Numbered from the stretch's first letter, positions 49,159-57,870 are shown. The stretch is DNA of 64,000 nt from a virus (IMGVR_UViG_3300014641_000001:60266-124265); one strand, 5' to 3'. Notes: generated by a model not told the origin, from the letters alone. Numbers and translations are program-made.

Positions 49159-49365
49159 TTAGATTTCATCAACCTTTTCAAAGTATTCGTTTGCCATCTT
49201 ACTATCAAAGTCACATATAGCCTTCCCATCATACATAATAGTAAGCGATCTATTCCAATCATCTAAATAACACGTGAGTCCTTTTTTAAGAATAGTATTT
49301 CCCTTATCATATTCCCATGTATCTTCTGTGTTCAGATCTTTAACAAGCCTATATCTTTCTTGCAC
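49159..49365 (-). CDS. Hypothetical protein
   Basis: ORF; GTG after SD. Confidence 0.6.
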   Translation of the reverse strand: MQERYRLVKDLNTEDTWEYDKGNTILKKGLTCYLDDWNRSLTIMYDGKAICDFDSKMANEYFEKVDEI

Positions 49366-49405
49366 TAAAACACTTCCTCTCCCAATCAAACTCAAATTTC
49401 ATCTA

Positions 49406-49678
49406 TTATAAATTATGATGCTTGTATACATCTTTTATTGCCATTTCAACTTCAATTTTTCGTTTTTCCCAATCATCTTTTTTCTTTGATCCGTCTTTTA
49501 GTGCATCAATCATTACCTCAATACGGCCAACAATTCTATATCCTTCTGCAATTTGTTTTTGAACATCTGGTTCAAAAAATATAGCGTGTTTCTTTTCAGT
49601 ATATTTTTCCACATCGTCAATATATTTCTCAGCTTTATCCTTCGATATTTTATAATGCTCTGGTGTTAAGCTTCCCAT
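49406..49678 (-). CDS. Hypothetical protein
   Basis: SD AAGGAGG. Confidence 0.7.
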   Translation of the reverse strand: MGSLTPEHYKISKDKAEKYIDDVEKYTEKKHAIFFEPDVQKQIAEGYRIVGRIEVMIDALKDGSKKKDDWEKRKIEVEMAIKDVYKHHNL

Positions 49679-49940
49679 ATATGTACCTCCTTTTTAAATA
49701 AATCTATTATTTTAACTGACTTTCCACTTTAAATAATGTACGAACAACTCTATCCCAACTGTCTTCTATTTAACCACTCCACCCAATCATTTGTGTCACT
49801 TGGATATTTATCAGGGTTTTCTTTAACATCGTTAAGCAGAAGAGCCAGTCTTAATCTATCAAGACTCCCAGCTGCTTGTGCTTTATTATTGAACCTTCCA
49901 AACTGATCTTTCACTCTTTGCCCCCAATCAAATAATCATT

Positions 49941-50096
49941 TCAATTCAAAATTTCTTCTGGATTCACATCAATAAAAAATACATCTAAACTGATTTCACA
50001 CCCACAATTACCACATACGTCAGTATTTAATTCAGTTCCACAGTCTGGACATATTAACTTTATATTTTCTATTTCTATTTCAGGTTTCTTTTTCAT
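49941..50096 (-). CDS. Small Zn-ribbon protein (51 aa)
   Basis: CPDCG...CGNCG; SD GGAGG; flanked by palindromes; not in the track. Confidence 0.65.
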   Translation of the reverse strand: MKKKPEIEIENIKLICPDCGTELNTDVCGNCGCEISLDVFFIDVNPEEILN

Positions 50097-50130
50097 TATA
50101 TTACCTCCAATTTCAAATGAATCAATCCTT

Positions 50131-50373
50131 TTAATCTTCTGCCGGTCTTGGGAATCCTGACCAGTGTGTAACTTCTAATTCTTCACGTTTAGCCCTACCT
50201 TCCCATTCCCATCTCTTTATAATTTCTCCATCTACAGTCTCTTCACGCCATTTCATCACCATAGTTACTTTTCGATTCCAAGTATTACACCTTACTGATA
50301 CTAGATAATAAGTCCCACGTCCACTTAAATCCTTGGGCTCTTGCTCTAAAATGCTTATCCAATTCGCTTCCAT
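50131..50373 (-). CDS. DUF551-like phage protein
   Basis: WISI....P...VTHW..FP.P. Confidence 0.75.
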   Translation of the reverse strand: MEANWISILEQEPKDLSGRGTYYLVSVRCNTWNRKVTMVMKWREETVDGEIIKRWEWEGRAKREELEVTHWSGFPRPAED

Positions 50374-50621
50374 AACCTTATCTCTTTTCTTTAATAGTCA
50401 CCCTCATTTAATTCAGTTTTTCCCAATCTTCTTCTGACATTACATGAGTCCCATGTGCTGCCTTAATAACCACCATATTTCTCCCACAGCACTCAAACCT
50501 TCCAATCACTGTATATCCGCCTACTTTATTCATTTTCTATTCCTCCATTATACTATTTTAATAATACAAAAGCCACCAGATTTTCATAATCCGATGGCCA
50601 TCAGCGATGTGTTCTATTCAT

Positions 50622-50798
50622 TTATTTGTAATGTCCGTTGTTGATTCTTTTTGTCATCTCTTTCTTTGAATATTTACTAGAATCTCTCATGATTCCATCT
50701 AAATCTCTTGTATTTTCAGCCGGTGTGTTTGGAGTCGTACTTTCTTTTGCCCATAAAAATAATCCAACAAGTAATCCGATAAATGCTAAAGCTCCCAT
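50622..50798 (-). CDS. Small single-pass membrane protein (58 aa)
   Basis: MGALAFIGLLVGLFLWAK...; SD AAGGAG; not in the track. Confidence 0.6.
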   Translation of the reverse strand: MGALAFIGLLVGLFLWAKESTTPNTPAENTRDLDGIMRDSSKYSKKEMTKRINNGHYK

Positions 50799-50884
50799 AT
50801 TATAATCTCCTTTATACTTTTTAATTTTAATTCCTTTATTTATTTTTCTATAGCTTCCATTATTTTACCTTATAAATTCCTGAT

Positions 50885-51082
50885 TTAATTTGTATTTTTA
50901 TTTAAGGCTAGTAAAGAAACTATCATGTTAATTATTTTTTGTTTGTAATCAGAAGATATCGACTCATCATCAATAAACGTATTCATCATAGTATTAAGTC
51001 CTGCTTTCGTTCCTTCTAAGCAAGCCTGTTTATATCTCACATCTAATTCTTCTATTCTATTTCTTATTGTGCTTGATTTCAT
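50885..51082 (-). CDS. Hypothetical protein
   Basis: ORF; start adjusted to the ATG after SD. Confidence 0.6.
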   Translation of the reverse strand: MKSSTIRNRIEELDVRYKQACLEGTKAGLNTMMNTFIDDESISSDYKQKIINMIVSLLALNKNTN

Positions 51083-51134
51083 CTCTCTTTCTCCTTTTCT
51101 ACTTGAATTTGTGGATTTAATGTGTTTCTGATAT

Positions 51135-51353
51135 TTAATGCTCCGTCCAATCATCAAATTCCACTTGACTATCGACATTGATTGATTCATTTGATCCACT
51201 TACTCCAATCAATTTATCAAATCCACCATTACCGGCATAAGAATGTACGCCACCAAAACCTTCATTTGCTTTCTCAATGGCTTCTTCTCCGCTTTCTGCG
51301 TCAACTGTAACTGTAACCACTACTTCTACCGTTCCATGTACATCATATTTCAT
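51135..51353 (-). CDS. Hypothetical acidic protein
   Basis: V.V.AES.EEAIEKA. Confidence 0.7.
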   Translation of the reverse strand: MKYDVHGTVEVVVTVTVDAESGEEAIEKANEGFGGVHSYAGNGGFDKLIGVSGSNESINVDSQVEFDDWTEH

Positions 51354-51391
51354 GTATAATTCCCTCCAACCTTTTTAATAAAATCTTGTTT

Positions 51392-51901
51392 TTATTGATT
51401 TAAAAATTCCGTTTGTATATTATTTTCTTTTATCACTTGTGACAGCTTACACAACCCAAGCTGTGTATCTATATGATATGTCTCAACAAATCTCGGTTGT
51501 GTTTTATCATCAATAATGTTTTTGGCTTGTTCAATACATTTTTCAATTCCAAGAATTTGACTATTAGCTTCAAAAAATTCGTTTAATTCTTTTTTATAAA
51601 TTGGGTTTATCGATTGTGATTCAGGTGTTTCGTTTCCACAGTGTCCACCTGCTCTTATGTTTAAATCCTTATAGTCTTTATATAGCCTATTTGCATATTC
51701 AAGCGGCATTAATCCATTACATACCCAATACGTCCATGCCCTTGTAAACGTAAAACCATTCAATATCCCTATATATCTTGTTTTTACTTCCGTATGCATG
51801 TAACTTGGTAGTTTAAAAATAGGGATGTTTGCAATCTGTAATTCTTCTTTAACTTTTTGATCCGCATCTGGTTTATAATCATGTCTTGCTAAATTTTCCA
51901 T
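51392..51901 (-). CDS. Conserved hypothetical phage protein
   Basis: F.RAW.YW, R..GHCG, YHIDTQ.GL. Confidence 0.75.
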   Translation of the reverse strand: MENLARHDYKPDADQKVKEELQIANIPIFKLPSYMHTEVKTRYIGILNGFTFTRAWTYWVCNGLMPLEYANRLYKDYKDLNIRAGGHCGNETPESQSINPIYKKELNEFFEANSQILGIEKCIEQAKNIIDDKTQPRFVETYHIDTQLGLCKLSQVIKENNIQTEFLNQ

Positions 51902-52125
51902 ACATTCTCCTTTTCTGTTTGAAATATCTCTTCTATTGGTCACTTTATTTACAGCAAAGCTTTACTTTCTTTTTGATACATCATACCTTTTTTCTCACAG
52001 TATGAAACATATAAAAGATAAAGTAAATCAAACTCATACTTATGCAATAAATAATCATCATCATTTTGTGGATTATATTTTTCTTCAAACCATTTTTTGA
52101 ACGTCATTTTTAACCTCCTTTCAAA

Positions 52126-52308
52126 TCAGCATTTTGTCGCTTCAAGTTTCTCACCGCACATAGGACAAAAACTTATTTTCACATAATCGCCATCACATGA
52201 TGATATAATATTTCCCTCTTGAATATATACTTTTGAATAATGTAATATTTTATTTCCAGTCATTGTTCCCAACTCTTCATTATTTCTCATTTTACAATAT
52301 TTGCACAT
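52126..52308 (-). CDS. Small Cys-rich phage protein
   Basis: MCKYC...I.FCPMCG.KL. Confidence 0.7.
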   Translation of the reverse strand: MCKYCKMRNNEELGTMTGNKILHYSKVYIQEGNIISSCDGDYVKISFCPMCGEKLEATKC

Positions 52309-52336
52309 TTAAACCTCCTATGAAAGCACACTTCTA

Positions 52337-52492
52337 TTACTGTTTTAGCATTTTTACTGTCTCTTTTGCATATTCTACGGCTCCAAGAAGTTCTGTAGGT
52401 TTGCATTCAAGTTCTTTACCCTCCGTCAAATACTTTTGAAACTGTGTTAAAATATCAATTACTTCTTCTGGTTTAAATTTTTCATAGCTCAT
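52337..52492 (-). CDS. Hypothetical protein (51 aa)
   Basis: SD AGGAGG; not in the track. Confidence 0.6.
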   Translation of the reverse strand: MSYEKFKPEEVIDILTQFQKYLTEGKELECKPTELLGAVEYAKETVKMLKQ

Positions 52493-52521
52493 TTGATAAT
52501 CCTCCTATTTTCTTATAATAT

Positions 52522-52710
52522 TTATGAACATTGACTTATAAATTCCTCTGTACTCAATACACCTTCCCACCAACAAGCAACCGCCGGCCTTTCTTCTGAT
52601 CCGTTTAAGTAGCTCTCTAGCTGCTTTTCATAATATTTAAGCATATCATCATCAAACACTACCTTCAGCTTGCAAAAGTCCTTACACCGTTCTAATTCTC
52701 CATATCCCAT
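52522..52710 (-). CDS. Hypothetical protein
   Basis: SD GGAGGTG. Confidence 0.65.
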   Translation of the reverse strand: MGYGELERCKDFCKLKVVFDDDMLKYYEKQLESYLNGSEERPAVACWWEGVLSTEEFISQCS

Positions 52711-53216
52711 AGAAACACCTCCAATATTGAATCTACCGCTAATTATGTGCGGTTAGTGACATAAGCCAGATCAACCACTAATTCTCCTGTGGTAAGCAGC
52801 AATCACTTATTGACTGCCGGTAATGCCTTGTTTACCTTTGACAGCTACGGCTTTTATAATCTGTCACCAGATCACCGACAAGGCTATGTATTAAGATATA
52901 AGACTATGTAAAGCAAAAATCTCTGTGAAGTTATTAAATGTGTTTATGTATATGCCATTTGCAAACATCTCAATTTTTCCTTCCTTATTCTTTTGATAGT
53001 GAAATTTTACATTGCTCATTCTTAATATTCTCCTTTTGTTTGCATAAATAAAGCCATGCTTATAATTATCAATAAAGCTGCCAATGTCCAGTTTCCACAC
53101 CTATCAGACAGCATAAAGAGCGAAAAAATAGAAAGCATCGGCAAAATGCTTCCTAAGAGTTTGTAATATTTATTCAATTGTGCAGATATCATGTAATCCT
53201 CCTTAAAATGTGCTTT

Positions 53217-53486
53217 TCATTTATCCTCAAAACATTCCCACATATCAGTCTGACAACCATCACCGCCCAACATACAATTGTCCATAACAAGATGGAAACA
53301 TCGTTCACAAGGACTCTCTTCTGGATTGTTTAATAAAAATTCTGCTTCACGATCAAGACTCAAGACTTCATTTGCAACTAAATTTGCGGTCATTCTATTG
53401 CACCCGACCATTGACAGAATTCGATTTTCCATAATCGTCATTACATTATTTTTAGCATTTTTTAGTTCTTCTCTTGTTAATGCCAT
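53217..53486 (-). CDS. Hypothetical protein
   Basis: SD; flanked by palindromes. Confidence 0.7.
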   Translation of the reverse strand: MALTREELKNAKNNVMTIMENRILSMVGCNRMTANLVANEVLSLDREAEFLLNNPEESPCERCFHLVMDNCMLGGDGCQTDMWECFEDK

Positions 53487-53525
53487 TATAAATACCTCCT
53501 TAAAACCTGTTTTTCATATACTGTT

Positions 53526-53822
53526 TTATCTTCCTACAATTCTTTGTAGTCCGTTTCCCATAAAGAATGATACAAAGGTCTTTTCAAGTTCTTCCTCATT
53601 GTTTACAGTTATTACTTCACCCTTACCAGACACACAAATAATGCCGTTTTCTGTTCTTGTAGCTACAAGTTTAGTTCCGTGACCTTCTGACATCCACATT
53701 GTATCTGTTTCTTCTTCATATCCTCCCATTGGAAAGTATAATTGTCTGAATAATTTTGTTAATACTTCGCTCATTTTCATCCTCACTTTCTGCCTGTTTA
53801 GGCTATAAAATCTATTTTTCAT
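53526..53822 (-). CDS. Hypothetical protein
   Basis: ORF track. Confidence 0.6.
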   Translation of the reverse strand: MKNRFYSLNRQKVRMKMSEVLTKLFRQLYFPMGGYEEETDTMWMSEGHGTKLVATRTENGIICVSGKGEVITVNNEEELEKTFVSFFMGNGLQRIVGR

Positions 53823-54115
53823 TGAGCTATATAATCAATCCAATATTTTGATTGCCTTTTAATAAAATCTTCAACATCTTTGATTGTCCAAATTTCCTTC
53901 TCCCAATCTTCTATTAAGTTACATTCAACAATATTAAAGATAACATTTTCTCTATTTTTAATTAAATTATCAAGATATTTATAGGATTCAATATGATAAA
54001 GGCGACTCTCACTATCTTCCACAAACCAGTTTTTATCTTTTACAAGACAAAGTCTGATATTTTTATCTTTCATTTCAGAAATAATATTACCAAAATCAAC
54101 TGTTATACTATTCAT
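53819..54115 (-). CDS. Hypothetical protein
   Basis: ORF with SD. Confidence 0.65.
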   Translation of the reverse strand: MNSITVDFGNIISEMKDKNIRLCLVKDKNWFVEDSESRLYHIESYKYLDNLIKNRENVIFNIVECNLIEDWEKEIWTIKDVEDFIKRQSKYWIDYIAQ

Positions 54116-54156
54116 TATTTATCCACCTCATTTTTTATTATGAAATTACAAATTCA

Positions 54157-54375
54157 TTAGTTCATTTTATTATCTAATCCTAATGGATAATAATGTCCAC
54201 TGCATGCCTCTCCCCATTTATACATGTGATATAAAGCATTTCTTGTTTCTTTTGATAAATCATCTACTTCACAGTTTAAAAATCTGTCACAAACTGATCT
54301 TAAACAATCTTCATATCTTTTTTCGTATTCTTGTGAGTCCTTACATTCATATCGTCCGTTTTTTATATTTCCCAT
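54157..54375 (-). CDS. Hypothetical protein
   Basis: ORF with SD; flanked by palindromes. Confidence 0.65.
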   Translation of the reverse strand: MGNIKNGRYECKDSQEYEKRYEDCLRSVCDRFLNCEVDDLSKETRNALYHMYKWGEACSGHYYPLGLDNKMN

Positions 54376-54413
54376 GTGTATTATTCTCCTTTCGTTTTAA
54401 TAAAACGTGCATT

Positions 54414-55157
54414 TTATGCTATCTTACTTTTATGTTTCTTCAGTTCTGTCTTGTTTAAGCTTCTAACAAGTTTGCTCCCATTGTTTTCTGCTCCAATAAG
54501 TAACCCTTCTGTGATCATTTCATCTATAATTTTTCCAATGTGTCGCATCGTCTGACCTTTTCCATAGTTTCCATTTTCATTAATACCAATACGCTTTAAT
54601 CCAAAACGATCAGATAAATTTACGCATATATCAAGCACATAATAAAACTTATTCGTTCTTGACGTACCGCAACTTTCAAATAGTGCCTTACGTATTTCTG
54701 TATTCTTTGTGTTCAAATATTTATCATATTCAGTATCAGAAACATCATAGACTGTTTCATATAAATCGACCCATCTAAGGTAAAAAGTGTTGTGTTTCTG
54801 TAAGGCTTCTGCAATTTGCTTTACTTCATTTTTTAACACTTCTCCACTAAAATCCTGTGGGTGTAAATATAGGTGCTGCATTCCTTTGCTTACTTCCATA
54901 CAACTTCCGTTGTTATATCCACTTTTAATATTCCAACCTAATAGCTCTAAAGCTGCATACACTTCATTATAGAAATTGTTTCTATCCTCTTCCGAAAAAC
55001 TGAAAGATGGATAACCAAAATTTTTAGCCTCAATTCTGAAATGTACATTTACATATTCATTGTCATAATCGTCGCCTGGGTTCCAATTATTTGTTAAAGT
55101 GTGGTCTGCGCCGTATTCGTTACCTGTTCCATTTTGATGATATTTAATTGTTTCCAT
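54414..55157 (-). CDS. Hypothetical protein
   Basis: 247-aa ORF; flanked by palindromes. Confidence 0.75.
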   Translation of the reverse strand: METIKYHQNGTGNEYGADHTLTNNWNPGDDYDNEYVNVHFRIEAKNFGYPSFSFSEEDRNNFYNEVYAALELLGWNIKSGYNNGSCMEVSKGMQHLYLHPQDFSGEVLKNEVKQIAEALQKHNTFYLRWVDLYETVYDVSDTEYDKYLNTKNTEIRKALFESCGTSRTNKFYYVLDICVNLSDRFGLKRIGINENGNYGKGQTMRHIGKIIDEMITEGLLIGAENNGSKLVRSLNKTELKKHKSKIA

Positions 55158-55207
55158 CTAATTCCCTCCATTTAATTAAAGACATGAAACTTACTTTTTA
55201 TCTGCTT

Positions 55208-55852
55208 TTATGCAAACGTCTTTCCGTCTGATTCTCTCGTTTTAAAGTTCCTATACTCAACCACTGGCTTACCAAAATACCTGACGCAGTCTTCAAAATA
55301 TCTTGCGTCAAAACAAGCGTATTTGGACTTATATAAGTATTCACCTACTTTTTCATGTGGTACCGTTTCCGGTAAATCTTTCCAGCCTTCATATATCGCC
55401 ATACTGCAATCATAGAAGTTTATATACACATCAGTGCGTTTTCTTGCCCTTCTAACCATCATTTTAATAGCATCTGTATATTGTGCATACTGACATAGAA
55501 AAACGCCTTTAAACACGATTTTATCAGCTACAGGAAAGCCAAATTCATTCATATAAACAAGAGTGTATTTCTTTCCTATAATTAAATCAGCGTCAATAAT
55601 TGACTTCTGAAATGGCTCTGCATTATCAATGTAAAACTGTCTGAATTCCTGGATTGTATCTGATTCCATTTCTCCGGATTCTATAAAATAAGTAAGGACA
55701 TTTTCATCTGTTAGTTCCCTTTTCCATCTTCTGCAAAATAAGGATAGTAATTTCTCATATTCTTCCTTAGTCGTAGCTTGTGAAGTGACGGTAAAATATT
55801 CTCTAGCAATACGATTGTAAAATCCTGCGTTGCTTCTGATATATGTCAACAT
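55208..55852 (-). CDS. Hypothetical protein
   Basis: 214-aa ORF with SD. Confidence 0.75.
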   Translation of the reverse strand: MLTYIRSNAGFYNRIAREYFTVTSQATTKEEYEKLLSLFCRRWKRELTDENVLTYFIESGEMESDTIQEFRQFYIDNAEPFQKSIIDADLIIGKKYTLVYMNEFGFPVADKIVFKGVFLCQYAQYTDAIKMMVRRARKRTDVYINFYDCSMAIYEGWKDLPETVPHEKVGEYLYKSKYACFDARYFEDCVRYFGKPVVEYRNFKTRESDGKTFA

Positions 55853-55872
55853 GGCTTTATACCTCCTTTAAT

Positions 55873-56430
55873 TTAACAAACTAACAATAATGCTGTTTTT
55901 CTGTTTCCACTTTTAAATGGTTCCATGTTAGATACCCATACAGATCCGTAAGGTGCAGTCATTGATCCTTTTAATTTCTTCCACCCTTCCGGAATCTCTG
56001 TTAAAAGTTCAACTTTTTCCTTGGCTGCAAATTCTTTGATCTTTCTATGTTTTCTCTCTGTTGCTGTTTCTCCATTAGCCGATGAAGCCAGTCTATAAAC
56101 TTCATCAATTAACTTTTCTTTGTTCTCTTCTGTTGCTTCAAACATCCAATCGAAATTTATTTCATATCTTCCGGGTTTCTCTTGAGGATTATACATTCCA
56201 TAACAATATCCCTCTGTATCTGTCACATAAGTTTGAATACTCCAATATGTTTCCAGAACCCTATCCATATATCCATGTTTATTCCATAATACAGGAATTG
56301 CATTACTTCCACCTGGATTAGTACATTTGCTTAACTCCATCACTATCTTTTCACCTTTTGCATTAGGTTCTGTGAATGTATAAAACCATCTTGTTTCTGC
56401 CATCTGTTCAATTGTATATTCTTTTTTCAT
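55873..56430 (-). CDS. Hypothetical protein
   Basis: ORF; start adjusted; C-terminal PEGWK...TAP.G..W. Confidence 0.7.
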   Translation of the reverse strand: MKKEYTIEQMAETRWFYTFTEPNAKGEKIVMELSKCTNPGGSNAIPVLWNKHGYMDRVLETYWSIQTYVTDTEGYCYGMYNPQEKPGRYEINFDWMFEATEENKEKLIDEVYRLASSANGETATERKHRKIKEFAAKEKVELLTEIPEGWKKLKGSMTAPYGSVWVSNMEPFKSGNRKTALLLVC

Positions 56431-56667
56431 TGTTATTTCCTCCATATGATTTATTTTATTATTTATTTCCACTATAAAAGCCACTAGAGTATTTTCTAAT
56501 GGCTTCAAACTGGAATCAGATTAGTTGGGTGTATTAGAAGTTACGGCCTCTCTACCGTAGTAGTTTGTCGCCCTGATACCGTTGCCCTATAGGATGCTGT
56601 CAGCATTGACTCTTTCTAATAATCGCTATATCGGTTCCCCTTTATGCCACCCAATTAAATAAGAATT

Positions 56668-56916
56668 TTATTCGCTCTCTATTTTTAAAAACTTATGAAA
56701 CTCGTCATAAGTAACATATAAGTAAGAAGCTGTTGAATAATCGAATTTTCTAAGCGTAGAAGCTTCTTTATTCATGTCAATAATGTAAGAAATATTCCCT
56801 CTGCTAAAATAGTGAATTCCATGAACTTCTGTATGCTTATATCCATTTACCCGATCGTTAACAACAAGTTTTCTTCTCCTTCCGTCCATGACCGGCTCAA
56901 AGGTAATTGTTTTCAT
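56668..56916 (-). CDS. Hypothetical protein
   Basis: ORF; stop lies in a palindrome. Confidence 0.65.
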   Translation of the reverse strand: MKTITFEPVMDGRRRKLVVNDRVNGYKHTEVHGIHYFSRGNISYIIDMNKEASTLRKFDYSTASYLYVTYDEFHKFLKIESE

Positions 56917-56941
56917 GTGCTATTCTTCCCTTTCTTAATGC

Positions 56942-57015
56942 TTACGGACTTGTGACCGCTTGACGTGTGTCAGGTGCATTAAAACGGCTATGTGAGAGCC
57001 GTTCCACTCTGCTAA
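56942..57015 (-). ncRNA. Twister ribozyme (circularly permuted, P5-type), putative
   Basis: Minus strand GCA-GAGUG-[AACGGCU/AGCCGUU]-U-UAAUGC-AC-[P3]-GCGGUCACAAGUCCG. Pseudoknots CAC/GUG and AC/GU are compatible with the twister consensus. Confidence 0.7.
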
Positions 57016-57224
57016 TACACAATAGGTGTGTAATGCGTTTCGTATACACCTACATAATACCTACAATGACCATATTTTTCATCATTGAAAAGTTCTCCAT
57101 TATGGAAGCATAAACGTAAACATTTTTCTGCATCTTTTTCGCTATTAAATACAAAACATTCGTCACTATCTCCAAGGGCTTCTCCGTAATCAAACCAACG
57201 ATATTTTCTATAAATTGTGTACAT
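57012..57224 (-). CDS. Hypothetical protein
   Basis: ORF with SD. Confidence 0.6.
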   Translation of the reverse strand: MYTIYRKYRWFDYGEALGDSDECFVFNSEKDAEKCLRLCFHNGELFNDEKYGHCRYYVGVYETHYTPIVY

Positions 57225-57254
57225 TTTATGTTACCTTCCTGTAAAATTCGGTTT

Positions 57255-57389
57255 TTATCTACTTTCAAGCTCTTTTAAGAATTCTTCACAATGATCAATA
57301 TCCTTTTTGTGGCTTCTTCCTGTTTCTTGTTCCATACCTTTCCAGTAAAGAATCATTTCTTCTACTTGCCTTTTTAACTTTTCCTTCAT
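57255..57389 (-). CDS. Hypothetical protein (44 aa)
   Basis: SD GGAGG; exactly bounded by palindromes at 57241 and 57405; not in the track. Confidence 0.6.
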   Translation of the reverse strand: MKEKLKRQVEEMILYWKGMEQETGRSHKKDIDHCEEFLKELESR

Positions 57390-57625
57390 GTTTAAAATCC
57401 TCCAATCAAATAATCGTTTTATAGGTTTTGCATTTTGTCGATTCTCTCGGATGTCTGTTTAATTTTATTTTCAATGGCTATAAACTTTCAACTAGTATCC
57501 AATCGTATCCATTTCCAAGTTCCCTACAGATATTTTCTCTTTTATCCTTCATTCTCTGTAAATCAGTTATCAAATAATCAACAGGTTTCATGCTTTTACC
57601 TCCCTATAAAATGGATATTTCTTTG

Positions 57626-57823
57626 TTATCGCTCCCAGTAGTAGCCATTACCATCTAATAAAATGATCTGTGCGCCGTATTCGGTAGCCTGGATATCAAC
57701 AACTTGATTCATGTTGACAGTATCTACATTGGTATGCTTACCGATTAAAAAAGCACTTATTACAAGTGCTGCCACAATAACCATTTGTTTGATTTTCATT
57801 TTATAACCTTCTTTCTTTATCAT
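57626..57823 (-). CDS. Small secreted/membrane protein
   Basis: N-terminal hydrophobic helix. Confidence 0.6.
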   Translation of the reverse strand: MIKKEGYKMKIKQMVIVAALVISAFLIGKHTNVDTVNMNQVVDIQATEYGAQIILLDGNGYYWER

Positions 57824-57870
57824 TCATATTAAAATGGACTTATAACTTTTGACGGTTACAAGCCCTATAA

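Larger units (their letters stand above)
46638..57623. repeat. Right array of the 18-bp junction palindrome (about 23 copies)
   Basis: Copies start at 46638, 47354, 47818, 48772, 49385, 49698, 49927, 50117, 50872, 51103, 51378, 51919, 52120, 52320, 53203, 53500, 54140, 54400, 55184, 56654, 57241, 57405 and 57606. Confidence 0.9.

Noticed and set aside
2641-57623. Junction palindromes as a CRISPR array, attC sites or intrinsic terminators
   Set aside because: Spacing is gene-sized and irregular, there are no cas genes and no GTTRRRY long hairpins, and the 6-bp AT-rich arms are too weak for terminators.
57836-57870. Second twister ribozyme (CGGTTACAAGCCC on the + strand)
   Set aside because: P4 does not close and the UAA/GAG elements are missing; it is one arm of a simple inverted repeat.
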